DNA from: Leptonemataceae bacterium
GTDB lineage: Bacteria; Spirochaetota; Leptospiria; Leptospirales; Leptonemataceae
DNA: 64,000 nucleotides
Direction of reading: 5' to 3'
NCBI GenBank assembly: GCA_965262995.1
Contig: OZ253574.1
Span: 994,513-1,058,512, forward strand
This document shows, piece by piece, positions 26,323 through 35,914 of this stretch. The notes under the pieces were generated by a model. That model had not been told where the DNA came from. It worked only from the letters and a program-made list of their open reading frames with translations, and ran no database searches. Position numbers and translations under genes: made by a program. Within the stretch, counting starts at the first letter, position 1. Each line of letters begins with the position of its first letter.

Positions 26323-26562
26323 TAGCTCTTTTATGAAAACTGCAGCAAAGGGATTGGTTGATTGTTCATTTTTTGCTTCTTTTTTAAAGTAAAGTAATTA
26401 AAAAAGTGAATAGACACTATTTGCCTCAATGCATTTATATCTAAATTGATTTATTATAAACTATGCAAAGTTCTCAATATTACAAAAAATATTTGAGTAC
26501 TCCATCGCTCCCACTGGTACTTAGCTTTCTTTATTGTAATTATACATTAGAAATCCGGGAAT

Positions 26563-26683
26563 ACTCACCGACTGCCATATTACTGTCAAAGCCATCTTGA
26601 GAATACTCAAGATGGCTTTGAACCATACCAACTTTAATGCGTTAAAGTTGACTTTATACTAGGGCACGTCGGTGGCAGTGAGT
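26563..26683. other. GC-enriched structured intergenic element (closing stem plus two perfect hairpins); candidate ncRNA, strand undetermined
   Basis: Hairpin A: CAAAGCCATCTTGAG / CTCAAGATGGCTTTG (26587-26620, 15 bp, 4-nt loop). Hairpin B: CAACTTTAA / TTAAAGTTG (26629-26650). Outer arms ACTCACCGACTGCC (26563-26576) and GTCGGTGGCAGTGAGT (26668-26683) can pair in two alternative registers. Confidence 0.4.
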
Positions 26684-26721
26684 GGATAGTAAGGAGAAAC
26701 TTCTGCAAGTCTCCCTTTACA

Positions 26722-26757
26722 AAACACAACAATACACATTTATTTAGAGTTTCTTAC
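26722..26757 (-). repeat. decayed solitary CRISPR repeat (psi-repeat 2)
   Basis: AAACACAACAATACACATTTATTTAGAGTTTCTTAC matches the array repeat at 28 of 36 positions. The match is colinear and in the same orientation. The handle hairpin is destroyed. Confidence 0.65.
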
Positions 26758-26864
26758 AAATATCTTTAATCAAATCAAAAGGAGATTAAACAAAAATTGC
26801 TTCTTTACTTGAAAATTCTTTCCTTTTAATTCGGTTTTCTTACAAAAATAGGAACACTACTTTT

Positions 26865-28148
26865 ATGGAAAATTATTTTAAATTAGACTTTAAATACGCA
26901 AAAGATATAATCATAGAAGAACATGCTCTCAAGGCACAAAACATTCAAAAAGAACTCGAAAATAAAAATAAAGAAAATGATTCTAAGGCCATGCTAGGTT
27001 GGTTGGACTTACCCCTAGATTACGAAGAAAATCCCAAACACAAAGCCATCTTAGAAAAAATAAAAGAAGATACATTCAAAATCAATAAATTTGATGTTTT
27101 AGTGGTGGTGGGGGTGGGTGGTTCACTTCTTGGAACTAGGGCCCTGCAAGAGGTTTTTATTCACAATCCTAACATGAAAAAAAAAATAGAGGTCATATAC
27201 ATGGGGGATAATCTGGATGCCACCTATCAAAAAAAATGCCTAGATTACTTAAAAGATAAAAAATATGCCGTGAATATTATTTCCAAAAGTGGAAAAACCC
27301 TAGAGCCCGCTCTAGCCTTTAGAGCCCTATGGAAGGATTTAGAAAGTAAATTTGGAAAAAATCTCAAAGAGCATATCTTTGTCACAACAGATCCTCACGA
27401 TGGCTTCCTCGCTCCACTAGCAAAAGATTACAATCTTCCGTCATACACCATTCCTGAAAACATTGGCGGACGATATAGTGTCTTTACTCCTGTAGGCCTT
27501 CTGCCATTAAGTGCAATGGGTTTAGATATTGACAGGCTACTAGAGGGGGCAAGAAAAACTCGCTTGATTTTAGAAAAAAAAGAATTTATAAACAATCCCG
27601 CCCTGCAATATTCTTGCTATAGGCATTACGCGTATCAAAACTTAAAAAAAATAGAAATTTTTGGGGTCTATCAGTCTAATTTATATTTTTTAGGGCGGTG
27701 GTGGCAACAACTCTTTGGAGAATCTGAAGGCAAGGGTGGGAAGGGGGTATTCCCTACAGTCTTACAGTTCACAAACGATCTACATTCAATGGGGCAATGG
27801 ATACAAGAAGCAGAAAGAAGTATTTTTGAAACAATTATCGATATTAAGCAAATGAACGGTCCAAGCATTGAAAAGATAGAAAATGACTTTGATGATCTAA
27901 ATAAATTTGCAGGAAAAACAATACATGAAATTAACAGAATAGCCATCCAAGCCTCTCTCCAAGCCCATGCAAGTGGGGGCGTGCCTTGCCTACGCATAGA
28001 GGTTCCAAAAATAGAAGAAGGCTCCTTTGGAAGCCTTCTTTATTTTTTTATGTATTCTTGTGCCCTATCTGCCAAAATGTTAGGAGTAAATCCCTTTGAT
28101 CAACCGGGTGTTGAGACATACAAAAAAAACATGCAAAAACTACTTTAA
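26865..28148 (+). CDS. pgi: glucose-6-phosphate isomerase
   Basis: 427 aa with 'VVGVGGSLLG', 'IISKSGKTLEP', 'GGRYSVF' and 'GESEGKGGKG' PGI signatures. Confidence 0.92.
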   Translation: MENYFKLDFKYAKDIIIEEHALKAQNIQKELENKNKENDSKAMLGWLDLPLDYEENPKHKAILEKIKEDTFKINKFDVLVVVGVGGSLLGTRALQEVFIHNPNMKKKIEVIYMGDNLDATYQKKCLDYLKDKKYAVNIISKSGKTLEPALAFRALWKDLESKFGKNLKEHIFVTTDPHDGFLAPLAKDYNLPSYTIPENIGGRYSVFTPVGLLPLSAMGLDIDRLLEGARKTRLILEKKEFINNPALQYSCYRHYAYQNLKKIEIFGVYQSNLYFLGRWWQQLFGESEGKGGKGVFPTVLQFTNDLHSMGQWIQEAERSIFETIIDIKQMNGPSIEKIENDFDDLNKFAGKTIHEINRIAIQASLQAHASGGVPCLRIEVPKIEEGSFGSLLYFFMYSCALSAKMLGVNPFDQPGVETYKKNMQKLL

Positions 28149-28235
28149 GAAAGCTGAAAACTTACTTTAGAGACCATAAAATACGAAACTCTATATAGAA
28201 GATAAGTTTATCTTCTATTCATTATATTCGATTTT

Positions 28236-29567
28236 ATGGCCATCGCCCTTACAATAAAAAATAAAGCAATTATTAGACGGATGCTAGAGCGTACCCGTTA
28301 TCTAAATCTTGAGATAGAAAAAGAATTTCCTAAAGTTTATTCTGACAAAAATCAAATTTGGCACCTCTTCCTTTTATTTCAGGCAAACGAAAGAAATCTT
28401 ATATGTCGCTTTCAGGATCAAGTTTATGAAGGTCTTATACTTCAAATCAGCTATCAAAATGCGATTTTAAATTTAAAACACTTTCAAGGTACAAATGCAA
28501 GAAGCTTTGAAATAGAATTTATCTACAATAACACAATTTATCAATTAGAAGTAATCATCACAGAATTTTATAGGGAGTTTGTGTGTATAAAAATGCCCGA
28601 ATTTTTAAGTTCAAAAAAACACAGAAAAAATCCTAGGGTTAAAGTAGATGATATTTATATTCATCTTACTCTAGCACCGCCACCTTATCCCAAAAGTGGC
28701 ATCCCTAATATCAATCAAAACGATTTTCGCTTGTATGGCTCTTTAAAAAATTTATTAAAGATTTTAGAGTCAGATGAACCTAACCTAAGCTTTGTACAAA
28801 TAGAAATTATGGAAAATTTTAAAAAATGGGGGTTTGAAAATGAAATCCATATTTATGATGACTCAAATCAAAATGATATAATTTATAAAACATTGCTTGA
28901 AGAAAAAAAAACCTTATATATTAAAAACTGCAATCAAATAGAAAGTTACACAGAGAATAAACTAAAAGAAGAATATACAAATTTCCATAATTCAGGAGAT
29001 TCTCAAATAAGCAACGAGAAAGAAACAACACCAAAAACAAATACTCTTATAGAAAATTTACAAAAAAATGATGTGGTGGGGGGTGTGTCTAGCTATGCAA
29101 TAGCACCTATCTTCTTTTTCAAGAAATTAATAGGTTACATGCGAATAGCTTCTAAAATGGAAAACACAAGCTCAATAAACGAAGAAATCGTTAATGAATT
29201 AACTATTTTTGCTAATTCATTAAGCTTTGGTATAAATAAATCTTATCTTGCTAAAAAGTATGCCCAACAATCTTATCTTAAAATGATAGATTTAAGTATA
29301 GAAGGATGCAGTATATTGATTGCGAACCAAGACTTATATGAATTTATAAAAGAATTTTCTTATGTAAAAATAAAAACAGATATAGATCATGTGTCCCTTT
29401 TTTTAGAAGCTAAGGTTATACATGGAAAAAAAGATGAGGAAAAAAATTATTTTATCTTAGGAATGCAATTTACAAAAAAAGATTTGAACGCCAATAAAGT
29501 TATTGAAAAATACATACACAATTGTATTAAAATTGAGATCAATACAGGAAAATTTCTCTTAAACTAA
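28236..29567 (+). CDS. hypothetical protein with degenerate PilZ-like elements
   Basis: 443 aa with an RxxxR-like 'RKNPR' and, far downstream, a DxSxxG-like 'DLSIEG'. The motifs are split, so the assignment is weak. Confidence 0.35.
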   Translation: MAIALTIKNKAIIRRMLERTRYLNLEIEKEFPKVYSDKNQIWHLFLLFQANERNLICRFQDQVYEGLILQISYQNAILNLKHFQGTNARSFEIEFIYNNTIYQLEVIITEFYREFVCIKMPEFLSSKKHRKNPRVKVDDIYIHLTLAPPPYPKSGIPNINQNDFRLYGSLKNLLKILESDEPNLSFVQIEIMENFKKWGFENEIHIYDDSNQNDIIYKTLLEEKKTLYIKNCNQIESYTENKLKEEYTNFHNSGDSQISNEKETTPKTNTLIENLQKNDVVGGVSSYAIAPIFFFKKLIGYMRIASKMENTSSINEEIVNELTIFANSLSFGINKSYLAKKYAQQSYLKMIDLSIEGCSILIANQDLYEFIKEFSYVKIKTDIDHVSLFLEAKVIHGKKDEEKNYFILGMQFTKKDLNANKVIEKYIHNCIKIEINTGKFLLN

Positions 29568-29570
29568 AAA

Positions 29571-32144
29571 ATGGATTCAGATAAATTAACTATTAAGGCA
29601 ACTGAAGCACTCAACCAAGCACATTCAAACGCAGTGGCGAATGGCCATCCTGAACTTCAACCAGAACATTTACTTTATGAAGTATTCAAACAAAAAGATG
29701 GGATAGGTCCTGTTCTCTTGGAAAGTTTAAATATAAAATCTCAATCTATTTTAGAAATAATTGAAAAGGCTATAGAAAGAAATCCACATATAGTAGATTC
29801 GAAAAGCGAAGTACGGCCCTCTAAAGAATTTATAAGTTTGCTACAAAAAACAGAAAATCTCATGGCTAAACGAAGCGATGAATACATTTCCACAGAGCAT
29901 TTTATTTTAGCTTATTTGCAAAATACAACAGAAAGCACAATCAAAGAATTAAATCAATTAGGTTTAACTTTAGAAAAAGTTGAAAACGCTATCAAAAATT
30001 TAAGGGCAGATCAAAAAATTACAAGTGAAAATCCAGAAGCGACAATGCAATCATTGAAAAAATATGCACGAAATCTCAATGATCTAGCGCGTAAAAGTAA
30101 GCTCGACCCTGTCATAGGGAGAGATGAAGAAATTCGGCGTATCATGCAAGTTCTAAGTCGAAGATCAAAAAATAATCCCATTTTAATCGGAGAGCCCGGA
30201 GTTGGTAAAACAGCTATTGTAGAAGGTTTAGCGGGAAAGGTAGTTGCGGGGGAAGTTCCCGACACTTTAAAAAATAAAGAAATTTATACTTTAGACTTAG
30301 GTGCCATGATTGCAGGAGCAAAATTTAGAGGCGAGTTTGAAGATAGGTTTAAAGCTGTGCTAAATGAAGTACAAAAGTCTGATGGGGGAATTATATTATT
30401 TATAGATGAATTGCATACTCTAGTGGGTGCGGGGGCAAGTGAGGGTTCCCTAGATGCTTCTAATATGATTAAGCCTGCTCTAGCAAGGGGGGAATTGCGA
30501 TGTATAGGGGCAACTACTCTCAAAGAATATCAGAAATACATAGAAAAAGACGCTGCCTTGGAAAGACGTTTTCAACCTGTTTTTGTAAGCGAACCTAGTG
30601 TAGATGAAAGTATCTTGATACTACGTGGATTGAAAGACCGCTATGAATTGCATCATGGAATACGAATCACGGACAGTGCCCTTGTTGCCGCCGCAAAACT
30701 TTCTCAACGTTATATTACAGATAGATTTTTACCAGACAAGGCAGTGGATTTAATAGATGAAGCATGTTCCAAAGTTCGAATAGAATTAGATTCTCTTCCA
30801 GAAGAATTAGACCGTGTAAGCAAGAAAATACAATCTTTGAAAATAGAACGTGAGGCTCTAAAAATGGAAAAGGATCCTGCCTCTAAGGATCATCTCAATC
30901 AATTAGAAAGAAGCTTGGCAGAGCTAGAAGAAGAGTTTACTCGTAAAAAGGCAATATGGGAAATAGAGCGTAAAGACGTAGAGCAAGTAAAAAAAATACG
31001 AGAGCAGATAGATCAACTAAGATCTGAAGAAAAAAAGTTTGAACGAGCAGGGGACTTGAATCGAGTAGCTGAAATTCGTTATGGTAAACTTGTAGATTTA
31101 GAAAAACAAATGAAAATTTTAGAGGAGCATATCTCTAAAAAAGAAAAACAATATTTAAAAGAAGAAATCACAGCTGAAGATATAGGTAACATTGTTTCTC
31201 GTTGGACTGGAATACCTGTTTCTCGCATGTTAAAAGGTGAAAAAGAACGCCTTATGAACATGTACGAAGAATTAGGCAAGAGAGTAATGGGACAAGATAA
31301 GGCCCTAGAAGTTATAACAGGTGCCATACAAAGGGCAAGGTCGGGACTTTCCGATCCCAAGAGACCTATGGGGGTGTTTTTATTTATGGGACCTACTGGG
31401 GTAGGGAAAACAGAAACGAGTAAGGCCTTGTCTTCTTTTTTATTTGATGATGAACAAGCTATGGTGCGTATTGATATGTCAGAATACATGGAAAAGCATT
31501 CAGTGGCTCGACTCCTTGGTGCACCACCCGGCTATGTAGGCTATGAGGAAGGGGGACAGCTGACAGAAGCAGTTCGTCGAAGGCCTTATCAAGTTATACT
31601 TTTTGATGAAGTTGAAAAAGCACATCCTGAAGTTTTCAATATTTTTTTACAAATTTTTGATGAAGGTACACTCACGGATGGTAAGGGTCGTAAAGTTGAT
31701 TTTAAAAATAGCATTATCATACTCACCTCCAATATTGGAAGTGAACATTTACTTAATCCTAGTTTAACAACAGAAGAAAAAGAACGATTAGTTGAAAAAG
31801 AGTTACACGAATTTTTCAGACCTGAATTTTTAAATAGACTAGATGATATTATTTTCTTTCAAGCCATCTCGGAAGAAACGTTACTTCTTATTGTAGAAAA
31901 TCATCTCAAAGAAATACTTCTCCGTGCTAAAGAACAAGGACTCAATCTTAAAGTAGACGCTAGTGTTATGAAATGGCTAGCTAAAAAAGGTTATGATCCT
32001 GAATATGGTGCTCGTCCACTCAAAAGACTTTTACAACAATCTGTGGGAAATTTACTTAGTCAAATTATTCTAAAAGGTGAATATAAAAACACAAAGACTT
32101 ATAACTTAACCATAGAAGAAGATAAATTAAAAGTAAAGGGATAA
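29571..32144 (+). CDS. clpB: ATP-dependent chaperone/disaggregase ClpB
   Basis: 857 aa with two AAA+ modules (Walker A 'GEPGVGKT' and 'GPTGVGKT') separated by a long coiled-coil M-domain. Confidence 0.97.
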   Translation: MDSDKLTIKATEALNQAHSNAVANGHPELQPEHLLYEVFKQKDGIGPVLLESLNIKSQSILEIIEKAIERNPHIVDSKSEVRPSKEFISLLQKTENLMAKRSDEYISTEHFILAYLQNTTESTIKELNQLGLTLEKVENAIKNLRADQKITSENPEATMQSLKKYARNLNDLARKSKLDPVIGRDEEIRRIMQVLSRRSKNNPILIGEPGVGKTAIVEGLAGKVVAGEVPDTLKNKEIYTLDLGAMIAGAKFRGEFEDRFKAVLNEVQKSDGGIILFIDELHTLVGAGASEGSLDASNMIKPALARGELRCIGATTLKEYQKYIEKDAALERRFQPVFVSEPSVDESILILRGLKDRYELHHGIRITDSALVAAAKLSQRYITDRFLPDKAVDLIDEACSKVRIELDSLPEELDRVSKKIQSLKIEREALKMEKDPASKDHLNQLERSLAELEEEFTRKKAIWEIERKDVEQVKKIREQIDQLRSEEKKFERAGDLNRVAEIRYGKLVDLEKQMKILEEHISKKEKQYLKEEITAEDIGNIVSRWTGIPVSRMLKGEKERLMNMYEELGKRVMGQDKALEVITGAIQRARSGLSDPKRPMGVFLFMGPTGVGKTETSKALSSFLFDDEQAMVRIDMSEYMEKHSVARLLGAPPGYVGYEEGGQLTEAVRRRPYQVILFDEVEKAHPEVFNIFLQIFDEGTLTDGKGRKVDFKNSIIILTSNIGSEHLLNPSLTTEEKERLVEKELHEFFRPEFLNRLDDIIFFQAISEETLLLIVENHLKEILLRAKEQGLNLKVDASVMKWLAKKGYDPEYGARPLKRLLQQSVGNLLSQIILKGEYKNTKTYNLTIEEDKLKVKG

Positions 32145-32434
32145 AAATCTGAAACCTTTTTCTTTGTTTTTGAAAAAAATCAAAGAAGAAGTATGAAAAT
32201 CAATGCTATTAGTCTTTTTAGATTTTTTAGGAGTAGAAAAAAATTATTTAATTTCAAAAGGACTTACATATAAAATTTGCGTGATAGTTGTAATAAAAAA
32301 TGAGAGCTCATTTTTAGTTCAAAAATACTCATAAAAACAATAGTATTCTATTTTAGTATTAGCTATTTTAATTCATTATCTATTTTCTTATATAAAGCCT
32401 TGACACGATTAAGCTTAATAGCTGTATAGAAGAA

Positions 32435-32635
32435 ATGAAGGCAGGAATACATCCCGAGTATAAAGAAATCAAGGTGCGTTGTGGTTGTGGTGCAGAACAT
32501 GTATTATTTTCTACAACCTCTGAAATGCAAATTGAAGTTTGTTCAAAGTGTCATCCTTTCTATACAGGTCAACAGAAGGTTATTGACGCAGGTGGACGGG
32601 TTGATAAATTCAAGAAAAAGTATAAGTTAAAATAG
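32435..32635 (+). CDS. rpmE: 50S ribosomal protein L31
   Basis: 66 aa starting 'MKAGIHPEY' with Cys motifs 'CGCG' and 'CSKCHPFYTG'. Confidence 0.95.
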   Translation: MKAGIHPEYKEIKVRCGCGAEHVLFSTTSEMQIEVCSKCHPFYTGQQKVIDAGGRVDKFKKKYKLK

Positions 32636-32749
32636 ATTTTTTCTGTTTTAATTTTTTCTTCATTGCAAAATAGAATTTATACGTAATCTTCTCGAAAATC
32701 ACATATACAAAATTATTTAACTGAAAGTATTTCTTAATATAAAAATTAA

Positions 32750-33322
32750 ATGGATCTCGAATTTTTACAATCCCTTAGTCCACTAGGATTTGAAATAGAA
32801 AAAAAGTTCATAGAAGAACGAAAAATTTTCCTATGGGGAGCCGTGAACGATGACTCTGCCCAACGTATCGTTGAAAAATTACTCTATTTAGATTCAAAAT
32901 CAAAAGAAGATATACACTTTTACATCAATAGCCCTGGCGGGGTTATTACATCTGGAATGGCGATTCTCGATACAATGAAAATGATTAAATCTGATGTTTC
33001 AACAGTATGTTTGGGTATTGCCGCTAGTATGGGGGCTCTTTTACTATGTGCGGGTGTTAAAGAAAAACGTTTTGCCTTTCCTCATAGTCGAATTATGATT
33101 CACCAACCATTAATTTCTGGGCAAATTATTGCCCCTGCTATTGATATAAAAATACATGCAGAAGAAATAAGAAAAATACGTGAAGAAATTAATCATATAA
33201 TCGCAAAGGCTACAGGAAAATCTGTACAGCAAGTTGAAATAGATACAGACCGAGATTACTACCTGAACGCAAAAGAAGCTGTAGAATACGGCATCGTAGA
33301 TAAGGTTATAAATCAATTATAG
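32750..33322 (+). CDS. clpP: ATP-dependent Clp protease proteolytic subunit
   Basis: 190 aa with catalytic Ser 'GIAASMGA', His 'IMIHQP' and Asp 'DTDRDYY'. Confidence 0.93.
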   Translation: MDLEFLQSLSPLGFEIEKKFIEERKIFLWGAVNDDSAQRIVEKLLYLDSKSKEDIHFYINSPGGVITSGMAILDTMKMIKSDVSTVCLGIAASMGALLLCAGVKEKRFAFPHSRIMIHQPLISGQIIAPAIDIKIHAEEIRKIREEINHIIAKATGKSVQQVEIDTDRDYYLNAKEAVEYGIVDKVINQL

Positions 33323-33399
33323 TTTCAAAAAAATAAAAAGTACTCAATACAAAAGAGAACTTCTTTAAATTAAACTCAACCAAAACAAAGCTAAAAATT

Positions 33400-33430
33400 A
33401 AAATAGGTGTTAAAAATCTAAACCTATTTT
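33400..33430. terminator. hairpin between convergent clpP and the 97-aa ORF
   Basis: AAAATAGGT (33400-33408) pairs with ACCTATTTT (33422-33430). Confidence 0.4.
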
Positions 33431-33724
33431 TTAGGACGGATAAAATGGCTTAGTTGTATAAATCTCATCTTTTATTGGTAATTCTTTTTTGAGATTTTTA
33501 ACATACGGGAATATTTCCCCCATTTCATGATACTCTTCACAATTCAACTGCATTCTGCGAGCAACAGTGAAATACTTATATAATTTTTCCTCGCCTGATC
33601 TTTTAGACCATTTACTTTTATTACAACGCACCCTAAGTATATAACGGTCTGCTTCTCCTTCTTGTTGTTTTACTACCACACAGTTTACGCAATTCGCACA
33701 ATATACTTTTTCACCAGATGACAT
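33431..33724 (-). CDS. hypothetical Cys-rich small protein
   Basis: 97 aa with 'YCANCVNCVVV ... RVRCNKSKW ... NCEEYHEMG', suggesting a possible Zn-binding fold. Confidence 0.45.
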   Translation of the reverse strand: MSSGEKVYCANCVNCVVVKQQEGEADRYILRVRCNKSKWSKRSGEEKLYKYFTVARRMQLNCEEYHEMGEIFPYVKNLKKELPIKDEIYTTKPFYPS

Positions 33725-33811
33725 TTAATAATACTCCTCACCTAAAAATAAAGACCATTAGGGATGGTAATACATGAGATTTTTTGTTAAGCTTTATCGT
33801 CAATTTTATTT

Positions 33812-34159
33812 TTACACCTTAAAGAAATTCTCATAAACAAATTTTTGGATACAAAGAGCTTCTTTGGGTTCTATTTGATTAAAAGATAGGCCTACAAATT
33901 TACCTAATACATATATAACCTTGCAAAAAAACTTCATTTCTACACCTTGCAAAGTAAACTTTATTTCAGCAGCATCATCCACCATAACAGAGGTCTTTAA
34001 ATCTACCCCGACTCCCTTTACCCCTATATCTATAATTTTACAATCTACAAAATCCTTATCCCCTACCTTACGAAAAAATGCAGGCAACTCCATTCTTAAA
34101 CGAGGCTGTTCGCGATTGAAATAACGAGATGTTGTAAACTTTCGCCCTATATGTGCCAT
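33812..34159 (-). CDS. PilZ-domain protein (putative c-di-GMP receptor)
   Basis: 115 aa with RxxxR 'REQPR' and D-x-S/G-x-x-G 'DIGVKG' at canonical spacing. Confidence 0.7.
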   Translation of the reverse strand: MAHIGRKFTTSRYFNREQPRLRMELPAFFRKVGDKDFVDCKIIDIGVKGVGVDLKTSVMVDDAAEIKFTLQGVEMKFFCKVIYVLGKFVGLSFNQIEPKEALCIQKFVYENFFKV

Positions 34160-34509
34160 AAAAAAACCAAGAAAATAAAAACCTTACTGAAATTAACAAT
34201 CCTAGAGAAATCAAGTATTAAAAAATAGACAAAGTATAATATACTCTCAAGTCAAGATAATTAGTAAAAAGGTATTTTTTTAGTGATCTTAAAACAAAGG
34301 CCTTAAATATAAAAATGAATAAAAAATGTAATAAAAAATAAATTATGAATGTCCCAAAAAGAAATTTCAAAATCGACCTACACTAAAATTTAAATCAAAA
34401 ATTTATAATAATTTATTTGTTACACTCTTAACATATAACATAGTACAAGAAAAACAAAAGAGAATGAGTCAATTTAACCCTCTAAGCTTATAACCCAAAA
34501 TAAAGGTAA

Positions 34510-34704
34510 TGTGAAAAACATATTAATTTTTGTTAATAACTCACATTTATTTGTAAAAAAAAATACACAGTTTTCGTAATCTAAAGAAAAAATAATAAAA
34601 ATGCGTTTTTTTATTCACAAATAATTTAACTTTATTCAAATTATATTGACATAATATTCTTGTACCTAATCACTGTTTAAATACATTTTGTTAAAGTATT
34701 CGAG
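34510..34704. promoter_or_regulatory. cluster of DnaA-box-like 9-mers upstream of dnaN (candidate oriC or DnaA-regulated region)
   Basis: TGTGAAAAA (34510-34518), TAACTCACA (34537-34545), TTATTCACA (34611-34619, 1 mismatch to TTATCCACA) and TTTTTCACA (34696-34704). They sit in a 617-bp very AT-rich gap that contains a (TA)n tract at about 34754. Confidence 0.4.
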
Positions 34705-34776
34705 CTTTTTCACATTTAAATCGTGCTCTAATAATAACAGTTATTTAAATTAATATATATATAGGTTAGTCATATT

Positions 34777-35892
34777 ATGAAATTTACAATAGACCGTACT
34801 ATTTTTCAAAAAGCTATCTCAAAAGTCGATAGTGTTATACCTTCAAGAGAAATAAGGTCTCACTTAGCTAACATATTGATAGAAGCTAAAAATAATACTC
34901 TTACATTAACAGCCTCTGATTTTGAATTAGTAATTTCAACACAATTAGAAACTAATGTTTCTGCTGAAGGAAAGACTACCCTACCTGCTAGAAAATTAAG
35001 TCAGGTGATTTCTGAATTACAAAGTAATGAAATTACTGTAGTTTTAGAAAAGGATATGAATGTAAAAATAAAAAGTAATTCTGAAAAATCTAATGCTGTA
35101 ATTTCTTTAATGAGTCTTTCTGCTGATGAATATCCGGTTACCCCAACCATAGAAAAAGAAAAGTTTAATTCTATTTCAATAGAGCTTTTCTTAAAAATGA
35201 TGAATTATACGAGTTATGCAATGGCAAAAGAAGATGCTCGATACGTCTTCAACGGTATGTATTTTTATAGTGATGATAAGCAATCAACAATTGTAACTAC
35301 TGATGGTCGTAGATTATCATTATACAATTCTGATGTTAAGAAACTATTTACTACGAATGAAGGAATTATTGTACCTTACAAAACAATAAGAGAGATACAA
35401 AAGTTAGCTACAGATGAAAATGAAGTTTCTATAGCTTATGATTCTGTTGAAAAAAGAGTTTTTTTTAAGTTCAATAACACTTATCTTAGTTCAAAACTTA
35501 TTGATGGAACTTTCCCTGATTACCAACAGGTAGTTCCTAAAAAAGTAGCCCATGAATTAAAAATAAATAAATTAGATTTTGAAAACGCTATAAGAGAAGT
35601 GGCTGTGATGGCGGCAGAACCTTCAAAACAAGTTAAATTTAGTTTTACTGAAAATAATATAGGAATATATGCAAATACTCCAGATCTAGGAGAAGCTCAA
35701 AATAATATTGAAGTAAAATATTCAGGTGAAGAATTAGAAATAGCCTTTAACTCAAGATATCTTCTTGAAGTATTAAAAATTATAGAAACAGAAGAAATAA
35801 TTTTTGGAGTTACATCAAGCACCGCCCCTACTGTAATACGAAGGCCAGAAGATGTTGAATTTATAGCTATTATAATGCCGATGAAAGTTTAA
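34777..35892 (+). CDS. dnaN: DNA polymerase III beta sliding clamp
   Basis: 371 aa starting 'MKFTIDRTIFQKAISKV', with 'TTDGRRLS' and 'GTFPDYQQVVP'. Confidence 0.95.
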   Translation: MKFTIDRTIFQKAISKVDSVIPSREIRSHLANILIEAKNNTLTLTASDFELVISTQLETNVSAEGKTTLPARKLSQVISELQSNEITVVLEKDMNVKIKSNSEKSNAVISLMSLSADEYPVTPTIEKEKFNSISIELFLKMMNYTSYAMAKEDARYVFNGMYFYSDDKQSTIVTTDGRRLSLYNSDVKKLFTTNEGIIVPYKTIREIQKLATDENEVSIAYDSVEKRVFFKFNNTYLSSKLIDGTFPDYQQVVPKKVAHELKINKLDFENAIREVAVMAAEPSKQVKFSFTENNIGIYANTPDLGEAQNNIEVKYSGEELEIAFNSRYLLEVLKIIETEEIIFGVTSSTAPTVIRRPEDVEFIAIIMPMKV

Positions 35893-35914
35893 AATAAAAA
35901 TATAAAAGTAATGT

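Noticed and set aside
14325-26864. Looked for an integrase, transposase, tRNA-adjacent att site or terminal inverted repeats that would define the CRISPR island as a mobile element
   Set aside because: No recombinase-like ORF or flanking direct repeats were recognised. The only repeated elements are the CRISPR repeat relics. Mobility is therefore not supported by this window.
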